In this document: positions 1 through 10,640 of the stretch, in pieces | Numbering within the stretch: the stretch's first letter is position 1 | How the letters are laid out: each line of letters opens with the position of its first letter | DNA from: Mobula hypostoma | Taxonomy: Eukaryota | NCBI RefSeq assembly: GCF_963921235.1 | Contig: NC_086109.1 | Span: forward strand, 11,100,001-11,164,000 | Length of the DNA: 64,000 bases | Direction of reading: 5' to 3' | The notes under the pieces: model-generated | Database searches by the model: none | What the model saw: the letters and a program-made list of their open reading frames with translations, nothing else | Told to the model about the DNA's origin: nothing | Translations under genes and position numbers: made by a program

Positions 1-142
1 CTCCTCCCTGGCTCGAACCAGATTAAACTGAATTTAGACAAAGCTTGAATACGTAACTATGCTTATTCTCTTCTACCACGCCCAACCCATGTGACAAATT
101 ATCCATAATAAATGTGCAGTAGAGACTGACAGAAAAAGATAC

Positions 143-223
143 TTGGCTGCTACAGATTTTGTTGGATTAGATTTCTTTGAAAGCCTTCCAGTCTTTTCCC
201 ATGTAAATTGAAGTTGATGTTGA
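143..223 (-). other. Candidate exon of a divergent minus-strand gene
   Basis: Strong acceptor ttttatttcctag| and donor caa|gtatct. One frame is open end to end (QHQLQFTWEKTGRLSKKSNPTKSVAA). Confidence 0.3.
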
Positions 224-353
224 CTAGGAAATAAAACGATAATGTATTTTAATGTAAGAGGGCAGGAATTGTTTTGGTTTCAAAGGATTTATGCAAATCA
301 ATGCCCTCATTCTGTAGAAATTGAACTACCTCAAAAAACATCTATGATCTCAC

Positions 354-469
354 CCATCTATGCTATATGTCGTTGGAGGTATTACTTAAGTCTTGTCTTC
401 CTCTGGGAAATAAGACACCAGGATGAAGTGAGCTTTTCTTCTGCAGACTACACAAATTTATGCTGCTTT
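354..469 (-). other. Candidate exon of a divergent minus-strand gene
   Basis: Strong acceptor tatgtattcttttacag| and donor tgg|gtgaga. The phase-1 frame reads ESSINLCSLQKKSSLHPGVLFPRGRQDL..., with a TAG near the exon end. Confidence 0.3.
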
Positions 470-986
470 CTGTAAAAGAATACATAAAAATTAAATATTT
501 TATTCACGATAGAAACTTCTCAGGAACAATATGTGGTTTGATGTAACACTCCTCTCCCCAGTTTGTGCAGAGAGCAAAAAATAAAGTGGATGGAGAAATG
601 TACAGTATATATTTAAAGAAACAATTTTGCCTTCAGTTGAAGTAAGTGGATCATCAAAAAAAGACAAGTCTTTGCACAGTGGGTTGCAGTAAGATTATAT
701 AGCAAGCTCATGTAGGCTCAATATATTGCCATAGCAACATTATTGGTGTAATTATCAAAAGAGGAACTGAAAAAGTCAATATATCCTCATTTGTGTATGC
801 AATAGGTATTTTAATTGTCAACTACCCAATTTATTTTTCTTTTCCTTGTTCTCTGTATTTAACATTAACGGGGCACGAATTAGGCTTTGTAGTTTCAGAT
901 TCTTGTAATGACTGAATTCAGTGAAATGGATCACTATTTTGGCTTTCAGATATATAGTGAAACTCTTCCTAAAAACAACAAAATAC

Positions 987-1048
987 CGTTCTTGTATAGT
1001 TGTGACAGGCATTTTGTTACATAATAAGATGGATACTTATTTTGTTCT
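987..1048 (-). other. Candidate exon of a divergent minus-strand gene
   Basis: Pyrimidine tract with an atypical GAG acceptor, and donor acg|gtattt. Enters in phase 2 and exits in phase 1, matching both neighbouring candidates (EQNKYPSYYVTKCLSQLYKN). Confidence 0.25.
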
Positions 1049-1448
1049 CTCAGAAGGATAGAAGACCAAAAGGTCAAACTTAAATGCCCATCCCTAATCC
1101 TTGAAGGGACTGATGAATTCCAAATCAGGCATCTCATGGGAGTGAAGTGTCTAAAATGTTGCTGGGGGTTTAGTCACATGAAGGAGAGACTAGATAATGA
1201 TAATGTATTTCCTTCCCTAAAGGACATGAGCAAACAAGATTTGTTTCATGATCATGTGTTGGTTTTTATTTCTTTAACGTTAATAGTTTAGATTTCCCCA
1301 GCTGCCATAGTTGGTTTTGAATTGTGTCTCCTGAGCTTCTGTTCAAGCCTCTTGACTTATTAACTTAGCCATGAACCACCATTGCCAATCCAGGAAACAG
1401 TATAGACCAGAATAGTAGATTTTCAAATTCTTCAACAATTAACTCCAC

Positions 1449-1633
1449 TTAGTATAGTGCATGGAGCCTGAATTTGATGTATTAGCATTTTCAGCAGAGA
1501 CATTTGAGTATAACTCCTTAAGTACAGCACTAGAATTACAAACAAGAGCACAAAAATCCTCTACAGTCGCCAGCATCTGATACTTCTGATGAAGGAAATC
1601 TGTTACATGGCATCTGTGCATTTTCTGATTTAT
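1449..1633 (-). other. Candidate coding exon of a divergent minus-strand gene
   Basis: Acceptor gtattcctctttaag|, then 61 open codons of non-repeat, protein-like sequence (INQKMHRCHVTDFLHQKYQMLATVEDFCALVCNSSAVLKELY...). Weak donor taa|gtggag. Confidence 0.35.
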
Positions 1634-1791
1634 CTTAAAGAGGAATACTGATGGCATTATCATATTAGAACTCAATTAGAATGGAAGACCTCCACAGGTC
1701 TTCAAACCCAAGAGAGATGTCTTGAGGACACAGCTTATTTAGAGGCAATGTGATCAAACTAACCTGAAGATATTTAGGAACAATAAAGAGG

Positions 1792-1968
1792 ATGAACAAG
1801 TGGCTGAGGAACTGGTGCAGGGAGCAGGGTTTCAGATTTCAGGATAATTGGGACCTCTTCTGGGGCAGGTGGGACCTGTACAAGAGAGACGGGTTACACT
1901 TGAACTACAGGGGGACCAATATCCTTTCAGGGAGGTTTGTTAATGCTATTGGGGGGGCTTTAAACTAG
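1792..1968 (+). pseudogene. CR1 ORF1 C-terminus (SGNH/esterase-like)
   Basis: Translates to MNKWLRNWCREQGFRFQDNWDLFWGRWDLYKRDGLHLNYRGTNIL...; the DGLHL motif is typical of CR1 ORF1 esterase domains. Confidence 0.8.
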
Positions 1969-2089
1969 ATTTGCAGGGAGTTGGGAACCAAAGTGCCAGA
2001 GCTGACAGTGTGGCTGGGGTGAAAATAAATGATGTTAAAAGTTCAAGCAAATCCGCTAATAGAAAGGTTGTGAGTGTTGGTAAAAATCT

Positions 2090-4813
2090 TCTGAGGTGTA
2101 TATATTTCAATGCTAGGAGTATTGCAGGGGAGGCGGATGAGTTGAGGGCGTGATTGACACGTGGAATTATGACGTTGTAGCAATTAGTGAAACTTGGCTA
2201 CGGGAGGGGCAGGACTGGCAGCTTAATATTCCAGGGTTCCGATGTTTCAGATGTGATCGAGGCAGAGGAATGAAAGGTGGGGGAGTGGCATTGCTTGTTA
2301 GGGAAAATATTACAGCAGTGCTCAGGCAGGACAGATTAGAGGGCTTGTCTACTGAGTCCTTGTGGGTGGAGCTGAGAAACAGGAAAGGTATGGCCACATT
2401 AGTGGGATTGTATTACAGACCACCCAATAGTCAACGAGACTTGGAAGAGCAAATCTGCAGAGAGATAGCAGGCAACTGCAGGAAACATAAAGTTGTGGTG
2501 GTAGGGGATTTTAATTTTCCATATATTGATTGGGTCTCCCATACTGTTAGGGGTCTAGATGGTTTAGAGTTTGTAAAATGTGTTCAGGAAAGTTTTCTAA
2601 ATCAATATATAGAGGGACCAACTAGAGGGGATGCAATATTGGATCTCCTGTTAGGAAACAAGTTAGGACAAGTGACAGAAGTCTGTGTAGGGGAGCACTT
2701 TGGTTCCAGTGATCATAACACCATTAGTTTCAACTTGATCATGGACAAGGATAGATCTGGTCCTAGGGTTGAGGTTCTTAACTGGAAGAAGGCCTAATTT
2801 GAAGAAATGAGAAAGGATCTAAAAAGAGTGGATTGGGACAGGTTGTTCTCTGGCATGGATGTGATCGGTAGGTGGGAAGCCTTCAAGGCAGAAATTTTGA
2901 GAGTGCAGAATTTGTATGTTCCTGTCAGGATTAAAGGCAAGGTGAATAGGAATAAGGAACCTTGGTTCTTAAGGGATATTGCAACTCTGATAAAGAAGAA
3001 GAGGGAGTTGTATGACGTGTATAGGACGCAGGGAGTAAATAAGGTGCTTGAGGAGTAAAAGAAGTGCAAGAAAATACTTAAGAAAGAAATCAGGAGGGCT
3101 AAAAGACATGAGGTTGCCTTGACAGTCAAAGTGAAGGATAATCCAAAGAGCTTTTAAAGGTATATTAAGAGCAAAAGGATTGTAAGGGATAAAATTGGTC
3201 CTCTTGAAGATCAGTGTGGTCGGCTATGTGCAGAACCAAAGGAAATGGGGGAGATCTTAAATAGGTTTTTTGCATCTGTATTTACTAAGGAAACTGGCAT
3301 GAAGTCTATGGAATTAAGGGAAACAAGTAGTGAGATCATGGAAACTGTACAGATCGAAAAGGAGGAGGTCCTTGCTGTCTTGAGGAAAATTAAAGTGGAT
3401 AAATCCCCGGGACCTGACAGGGTGTTCCCTCGGACCTTGAAGGAGACTAGTGTTGAAATTGCAGGGGCCCTGGCTGAAATATTTAAAATGTCGCTGTCTA
3501 CAGGTGAGGTGCTGGAGGATTGGAGAGTGGCTCATGTTGTTCTGTTGTTTAAAAAAGAATCGAAAAGTAATCCGGGAAATTATAGGCCAGTAAGTTTAAC
3601 ATCGGTAGTAGGTAAGAAACTGGAGAGAGTACTAAGAGACAGAATCTACAAGCATTTGGATAGACAGGGACTTATTAGGGAGAGTCAACATGGCTTTGTG
3701 TGTGGCAGGTCATGTTTGACCAATCTATTGGAGTTTTTCGAGGAGGTTACCAGGAAAGTGGATGAAGGGAAGGCAGTGGATATTGTCTACATGGACTTCA
3801 GTAAGGCCTTTGACAAGGTCCCGCATGGGAGGTTAGTTAGGAAAATTCAGTCGCTAGGTATACATGGAGAGGTGGTAAATTGGATTATACATTGGCTCGA
3901 TGGAAGAAGCCAGAGAGTGGTGGTAGAGAATTGCTTCTCTGAGTGGAGGCCTGTGACTAGTGGTGTGCCACAGGGATCAGTGCTGGGTCCATTGTTATTT
4001 TTCATCTATATCAATGATCTGGATGATAATGTGGTAAATTGGATCAGCAAGTTTGCTGATGATACAAAGATTGGAGGTGTAGTAGACAGTGAGGAAGGTT
4101 TTCAGAGCCTGCAGAGGGACTTGGACCAGCTGGAAAAATGGGCTGAAAAATGGCAGATGGAGTTTAATACTGACAAGTGTGAGGTATTGCACGTTGGAAG
4201 GACAAACCAACGTAGAATATACAGGGTTAATGGTAAGGCACTGAGGAGTGCAGTGGAACAGAGGGATCTGGGAATACAGATACAAAGTTCCCTAAAAGTG
4301 GCGTCACAGGTAGATAGGGTCGTAAAGAGAGCTTTTGGTACATTGGCCTTTATTAATCGAAGTATTGAGTATAAGAGCTGGAATGTTATGATGAGGTTGT
4401 ATCAGGCATTGGTGAGGCCGAATCTGGAGTATTGTGTTCAGTTTTGGTCACCAAATTACAGGAAGGATATAAATAAGGTTGAAAGAGTGCAGAGAAGGTT
4501 TACAAGGATGTTGCCGGGACTTGAAAAACTCAGTTACAGAGAAAGGTTGAATAGGTTAGGACTTTATTCCCTGGAGCGTAGAAGAATGAGGGGAGATTTG
4601 ATAGAGGTATATAAAATTATGATGGGTATAGATAGAGTGAATGCAAGCAGGCTTTTTCCACTGAGGCAAGGGGAGAAAAAAACCAGAGGACATGGGTTAA
4701 GGGTGAGGGGGGGAAAGTTTAAAGGGAACATTAGGGGGGGCTTCTTCACACAGAGAGTGGTGGGAGTATGGAATGAGCTACCAGACAAGGTGGTAAATGC
4801 GGGTTCTTTATGA
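2090..4813 (+). pseudogene. CR1 ORF2 (APE endonuclease + reverse transcriptase), disrupted
   Basis: Endonuclease motifs YFNARS, ISETW, GDFN, SDH. RT motifs NYRPVSLTS, DFSKAFD, GVPQGSVLGP, FADD. Broken by stops at ~2795 and ~3056 and an indel. Confidence 0.95.
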
Positions 4814-4956
4814 ACATTTAAGAATAAATTGGACAGATACATGGATGGGAGGTGTATGGAGGGATATGGTCCGTGTGCAGGTCAGTGGGACTAGGCAGAA
4901 AATGGTTCGGCACAGCCAAGAAGGGCCAAAAGGCCTGTTTCTGTGCTGTAGTTTCT

Positions 4957-6357
4957 TTTTTTTAAAATTTTATTTTTATTTGGATAAGGAGTTCACAATT
5001 ATCATGTACTTTTTTCACACATATAACCTTTTCCATTTTTTTATATGTATAAAACTACAATTATTTATACATTCTTAAGTACACATTGAGATGATATAAA
5101 AGCAAAATAAACATTTAAATAGATAATTATGTACTGTGGTAAATCTAACCTATTAGGCTAAGTAATGAAATTAGTTGTTAAGAAAAATGGTAATAATAGT
5201 TTCCATACAACCCTTCTGGACCATTTCCACTGGTCCAAAATGTTGCATACAAGCCTATATATCAACCATTGTAGGTGTTTATATCCCAATTTGTTCGTGC
5301 TTGTTCCTGCCCGCAGACATAATTATCCAATCCCTATGTACTTATTTACTTAATTTTTTCATTTTTTTTATCCCTTTCCCAAATCTTTCCCTTTACTTGT
5401 GTTAATTCTCTATTTTCCAAAAAAAAAACAACAAACATTTAGACTAGGGGTGCTTACGTTAGCAATATTACTGTGTTGATGAGAAGAGCAATATAAATCA
5501 TTAGGAGAGTCATCTAAAGTCTGCTCGCATTGGGGTTATATATTCAATCCATTTATTCCAGATTTGATAAAATGTTTCTTTTTGAGTTCTCAGGGAGTAG
5601 GTCAACTTTTCCATTTTAAATATTTCCAAGATAATTTCGTACCAATCTTCTAATGTAGGTGGTATTGGATTTAGCCATTTTCTAGTGATTGATTTCTTAC
5701 TTGCCGCTAAGAGGGCCTGCAGCAACTTTATATCTTCCTTCTGTTCAAGGAACAATACATGCCCCAAATAGAGCGTCTCAAAGTTCAGAGGTATCTGGGA
5801 CCTAAGTACCTTAACTAATATTCTATGAATACCTTTCCAAAATAGACTTAATTTAGGGCAATGCCAGAAAATATGAAAATGATTTGCCTCCTTGGAGCCA
5901 CACCTTCTCCAACACATCACATTTGTATCTTTATATTTTTCCTGATATGGGGTCTTGAAGTATCTTATAATGTTTTTCCAACAATGTTCTCTCCAAGTCA
6001 AAGAATTAGTCGAGGACCATTGAAAGCTGCAGATTTTCCCCCAAGCCTCCTCTGAAAGTACCAACCCCGCTTCTTTCTCCCACTTCTCTTTAATATACAG
6101 TGTATTTACATTTTTAGCATGGGAGAGTGCATTATATAGGCGAGAAACTGATTTACTAGGTATTGAACTGCAAGCCGAATTCAGAATCTTGAAAAATTCT
6201 AATTCTACTGTTGATAGGTCTGTATATCTACAACTCTGGTTAACATAGTTTCGTATTTGAAGGTACCTAAAAAAGTCATTATGTTCTAGGCCATGTTTGT
6301 TCTGCAGGATTTGGAAACTTTGTAATACTCTTTTATCTATAAATGAGAGGTAGGTTG
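4957..6357 (-). mobile_element. L1-clade LINE 3' fragment inserted in the CR1 tail
   Basis: ORF2 C-terminal zinc-binding region (CWRRC...HIFWHCPKL; ORF 5510-6064), poly-A end (poly-T on +), and an exact 17-bp TSD tctgtgctgtagtttct at 4940-4956 and 6358-6374. Confidence 0.9.
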
Positions 6358-6538
6358 TCTGTGCTGTAGTTTCTATGGTTTCTTGTATTTCATTCTTTGT
6401 TCATTATCAATGAACAAGATGATACTTTCATATTATAAATTTTCCCCCCAAAGCAAAGCATTACAAAAACCAAGTCAGCTATTGCATTTACAAATCTGTA
6501 AGTCAAAAAAGCCATCGTATTTTTCCTCAAAGCAACAA

Positions 6539-6582
6539 AACTAACTTTATTTCAAACTATAACTAACTTTATTTCAAACTAT
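6539..6582. repeat. Perfect 22-bp tandem duplication
   Basis: aactaactttatttcaaactat x2. Confidence 0.9.
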
Positions 6583-6766
6583 GAAACATTGAATGTAAAA
6601 TTGTTTAGATTTTAAAGTCTTAATTGATTAATCACCGTGACTCAGTTACTCAATAATTTTATGCAACCACACAGTAATAGGCCTTTGCTGAACTTATCTT
6701 TTAATGATAATGTCACCACTGTGAACAATTAAAATGATGGTTATAATATAACGTGAACTTGCTCAC

Positions 6767-6926
6767 TTGCAACAGTTTTTGTTCTGTGTTGCAGAATTTA
6801 TCAACAAGAACGTGTGTGATACAAGTTATATTTTTCAGTGTATAACTGTATCATCATGGTTTGGATTGTCAAATCTAGAGTACTTCCTCCCAAAAAACTG
6901 TTCAGTCTATCATCCTGCCTTTCCAT
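6767..6926 (-). other. Candidate exon of a divergent minus-strand gene
   Basis: Acceptor tttctttcattgttaatgatag|ATG and donor caa|gtgagc. The start reads MERQDDRLNSFL...; the end reads, in another frame, ...HVLVDKFCNTEQKLLQ (phase 0). Confidence 0.3.
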
Positions 6927-7287
6927 CTATCATTAACAATGAAAGAAACTGCTGATTCTGATGACAACACTGATATTTTCTTTCATAAATATCTAATAAT
7001 GATTGTTACTGCTAACCATTCAATCATTATTTTAGCTGATTGATTAGAAATCTAAGTACAGGTTATAATTTTCCTACACCTCAGCAGTGATTATAAAGTT
7101 GATTGGCACATCGTCATAAACAATCCAATAAGAGACACAAGTTTGTTTTTGTGGTGTTTTAGATGAGATGTTAACCAGGACCCCTATGTTTTCTCATAAG
7201 GAAGCAGTTTCTGGAGCTTTATTTTATAGCGGTGAGTTATTCCTGGTGACCTGGTCAATATTTTAGGTGATAAATATCTTGTAAAAC

Positions 7288-7800
7288 AAACGATCGATTT
7301 AAGAGCCAAGCCAATTTGGAAAGGTCGTCTGATTCTATGTGGCGGAAAGATCCGAGGCTTGATCGATTTAAGAGCTGAGCTGAATTGGAAAGATTGGGTA
7401 TTGGCCACATTGAGGTGGCAGAGTCTGAGTCCATGGGTAAAGAATGACCCAAGGTTTAGATGATTTAAGCACCAGGCCAGATTGAAATGGTTGGGATCAG
7501 AGGTGATATGGGGTGTGCATGTTCTGAGCTGGACTGAGGCTGTGGCCTGCAACTAGTGGACTTCTGGATCAGCTACAGTGATGCCTAGCATTGTGAACTT
7601 CAGTTCTGAATGCTGTTTGTTTGCTTTTATTGTTCGTACAATTTTTTCTCTTTCTCTCTGCCCACTGGGTGTTTGGACGGTCTTTTTTTTTCAATGGGTA
7701 CCGTTAGGGTTCTTTGTTTCGTTGCTGCCTGTAAGGTGACGAATCGCAAGGTTATACAAACTATATATACTTTGATAATAAAATGCACATGGAACATTTG
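7288..7800 (+). mobile_element. Non-autonomous retroelement with a Rex1/Babar-type 3' tail
   Basis: Head with repeated gat(c)gatttaag units. The tail gcctgtaag...caaggttata...actttgataataaa matches Rex1-like tails elsewhere in the window. Confidence 0.5.
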
Positions 7801-7899
7801 ACTGGCCTTGTTTGATACCTGAATTAAAGAGGCAGTTAGATTTCAGCCACATTGGTGGTTCTGGATTATGTATAGGCCAGATCAGATAAGAATGCTGTT

Positions 7900-7989
7900 T
7901 AAGAGTCTTAGCCTGAAATGTCAGCTGTTTATTCCTCTCCATAGATGCTGCCTGTCTTGCTGAGTTCCTTTGTGCGTGTTGCTCAAGAT
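7900..7989 (+). mobile_element. Penelope pseudo-LTR fragment, degenerate
   Basis: gagtcttagcctgaaatgtc...atagatgctgcctg...ctgagttcc...gtgttgc, homologous to the pLTR at 38506. Confidence 0.7.
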
Positions 7990-8140
7990 ATCTTCCCCTC
8001 GTCCAAAGTCGTACCAGTTAGTAGGTTATTCAGTCATTGTAAATTGTCTCACGATTGGGCTAGGGTTAAAGTGGTAAATTACTGGAGAGCGCAGCTTGGT
8101 GGGCTGGAAAGTCCATTTCCATGCCATATCTCAAATAAGG
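7990..8140 (+). mobile_element. HE1-like SINE, 3' part
   Basis: ccaaag-cgtaccagttagtagg...cattgtaaattgtc, followed by the CR1-like tail gggctggaaag...tatctcaaataa. Confidence 0.65.
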
Positions 8141-8324
8141 TCATTAAAACAATGCAGCAGATTCATGGTTGCTGTTTCTGAAGAAAGCATTTTCTTTTAA
8201 TTCTATATTCAATTATTTAAAATCCACAGATGTCATCTCTGGCATTTAACTCATGTTTCTGGGCCTGGAACTCGGGTCCAAAACTAACTGCTGCTTCACC
8301 AATGTAACCGACAATTGTAGAATG

Positions 8325-8612
8325 ATAGTGGTCATTGTTGCAATGCAAGGTATTTCAATTTCTGCTGCTGTCTGTAAGGAGTTTCTACATTCTGCCTGTG
8401 ACTGCGCAGATTTTCTCCGGGTGCTCCAGTTTCCTTCCACATTCCAAGGACATATGGGTTAGGGTAAGTAAGTCATGGACATGCTTTGTTGGCACTGGAA
8501 GCATGGTGACACTTGCGGGCTGCCCCCAGCACATTCTTGGACTGTGTTGGTTGTTGACGCAAACAATGCATTTCACTGTATGTTTCAATGTATATGTGAC
8601 AAATAAGATAAT
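8325..8612 (+). mobile_element. tRNA-derived V-SINE, alternative-tail variant
   Basis: V-domain-like ttttctccgggtgctccagtttccttccacattcc; tail gcatttcactgtatg...tgtgacaaataa. Confidence 0.75.
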
Positions 8613-8639
8613 CAACGTATTTCATATGTAACCTGGCTG

Positions 8640-9125
8640 CTACATATCCTACAGTACTCTATATTATCTTTTTTATGTATTTGACCAGATGTCTTCTTTT
8701 GCACATTGCTTATTTGTCAGTCTTCATGTAGTTTTTCATTGATTCTTTGTATTTCGTTTTACTGTGAATGCCTGCAAAAAAATGAATCTCTCAGGGTAGT
8801 ATATGGTGACATTTATGTAGGTATTTTGATCACACATTTACTTTGATTACAAGTGGGAAAGTTTCCAAGGTGCATCATCGAGTCTGTGAGCTCCGTGATG
8901 TTTACTCTGCTATGTGCAGAATTGAGGCTGAGGCTGTGGCCTGCTCTGGGCTTTCATTCTGTTTACTTACTTTTATTGTTTGCATGATTGTTTTTTTTCT
9001 CTCTCTACACATTGGGTATTTGACAAGTTTTTTGGATTTCTTTCTTTTGTGGCTCCCAGTAAGGTAATGAATCTCAAGGTTATATAATGTATACATACTT
9101 TGATAACAAATATACTTTGAACTTT
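8640..9125 (+). mobile_element. Two Rex1/Babar-type 3' end fragments
   Basis: Two copies of the tail atgaatctc(a)ggt...tactttgataa...tactttga. Confidence 0.55.
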
Positions 9126-9579
9126 GGCTGCTTTGGGATGTCCTAAAGGGGATGAAAATAGCAATGTACAAATGCAAGTCTTTTGCAAATGATTGGATCT
9201 CACATTTGTATCTTTTTGTTACTGGTATGCAAAGTTACCTCCATCTTTTTTCATTTCTCTTGCTTTCCCTGGTCTATATTGTGTTACCAAGTTTATTTCT
9301 AGCATGGGATATGTTTGCCAAAGCACATAATACGGCAGGGTTTCTAAAACACAGTGTTAGGAATGCTTCTCATGTTTACTCAGTAAGAGTTTATTTTTAA
9401 AGTGGGTATTTAAGGAATTACAGTAGATAAAGTTTTGAGAACAGTCACAGATCTGCAACTACTATTCTACTCCCCCTCTACTTGAAGCTGCAGAACTTGG
9501 TCTACTCTGGAGCTTGGACCTGCAAGTTTCTTGGTTTATTTTACGTTAACCTTTTTGATCTACCCCTTTTGTCTTTGTG

Positions 9580-10215
9580 GATAACTGTGGGTGAGGTTTC
9601 TCTGTTCTTGTCGACGAGGTCTCATTGCCAATCTCCCCCTCTGTCCCTGTGGGTGAGGACTCGTCATCAGTCTGTGTCCCCTGTATGTGAGGGCTTTGCT
9701 CTCGATCTTCCTCCTTCAGTGTCCTTGGGTGAGCTTTTGCTGCCTATTTTTTCTCCTCCTCCTCCTCCCCCCCCCCCCCCGGGAAGGGCTCATTCCTAGT
9801 ATCCTCACCCTGTTTTTGGGATGGGCTCATTCACTGTCTGTGTCCCTGGGGGTGAAGTTCTTGTCACTAGCCTCTCACTCTTTTTCTTTGCGTGAGGGTT
9901 CATTCTCAGCCTCTCTTCATCCTTGGGGACAAGGGCATACACCCCAGTCTTTCTCTGCTTACGGGAAGGCTCGTCATCTTGCCTTACTCTGTCCCCTTTT
10001 GGGTGAGTGTTCACTCCACGACTCCTACCCCACTTCCCAGACCCAACCTCTTCTCCCCGTCACCTTTTAGACCCAGTCTCTCCAACTCCATCCCAATCCC
10101 TAGGGGCGAAGGCTTATTTCCAACGCCCCTGTCCCCAGACTCTCTCCCTGTCCCTCGGGGGCGAGGGTTCGTCACCAGCTTCTACGCCTCCCTCTTTTGC
10201 GGAGTGAGTGTGGGT
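9580..10215. repeat. Degenerate minisatellite-like region, purine-rich on the minus strand
   Basis: About ten variants of gtccc(n)ggg(t/c)gaggg(c/t)tc spaced ~40-70 bp apart, plus (cct)n and a poly-C run. Confidence 0.55.
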
Positions 10216-10640
10216 TCACTCCCGGCCTGCTTCCCTCCTTCTCACCGCTATCGCGGCCAGCAGTACCTGTAGCCCGATGAGACGGTGGCTCCGGCCGGCG
10301 CTGAGCCCGTTGCTAAGGGCGGCCTGTCGCGGAGACGCCGGGCCTGCGCCTGTCCCGCGCCGCCGGCCCGGCCAGGCCGTTGGGGCGCCTGCGCGGTCGT
10401 GGAGCCGAGCTGCTGCTGCTCTCCGCGCTGGCGGGGGCGACTCGCGTCAAAGAGGAGCATCCTCCTCCTCCTCCTCCGCCCCCTCATCCTGCAGCTGCAG
10501 CAGCAGCAGCAACCACTCGCAGTCGGAGAGATCCTCAGCTGGAGATAAGATGTCAGACCCAATCCCCAGCAGGGCCAAGAAACTTCGGCCCAGACTCCAC
10601 GGCAGGAGCAGTCTGCAGAGCACCGAGCCCGTAGGTGAGT
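10150..10640. promoter_or_regulatory. CpG island, probable bidirectional promoter
   Basis: Abrupt high GC and CpG density in a CpG-depleted background. NRF1-like GCGCCTGCGC at 10385-10394 and X-box-like GTTGCTAAGGG at 10309-10319. Splice donors face outward on both strands. (CCT)n and (CAG)n runs. Confidence 0.85.
10550..10634 (+). CDS. First coding exon of an unidentified + strand gene (MSDPIPSRAKKLRPRLHGRSSLQSTEPV, phase 1)
   Basis: ATG with A at -3 (aagATG) inside the CpG island, 28 codons + 1 nt, and a consensus donor AG|GTGAGT. Confidence 0.7.

Larger units (their letters stand above)
1776..4956 (+). mobile_element. CR1-clade LINE, 5'-truncated and relatively young; its tail resumes at 6358-6383 after the L1 insertion
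   Basis: ORF1 C-terminus, APE endonuclease, RT and a typical CR1 3' UTR (gggccaaaaggcctgtttctgtgctgtagtttctatgg). Confidence 0.95.

Noticed and set aside
1120..1390. Very old SINE-like remnants (also ~7800-7890, 24110-24420, 37340-37650) and old pLTR traces (~11600, 45530, 59410)
   Set aside because: They look repeat-derived but are too degraded to bound or classify by eye.
10550..10634. Naming the gene AMPD2 because RSSLQST resembles the RASLQAST motif I recall
   Set aside because: The similarity is short and from memory, and no matching downstream exon was found in the window. It needs a BLAST search.
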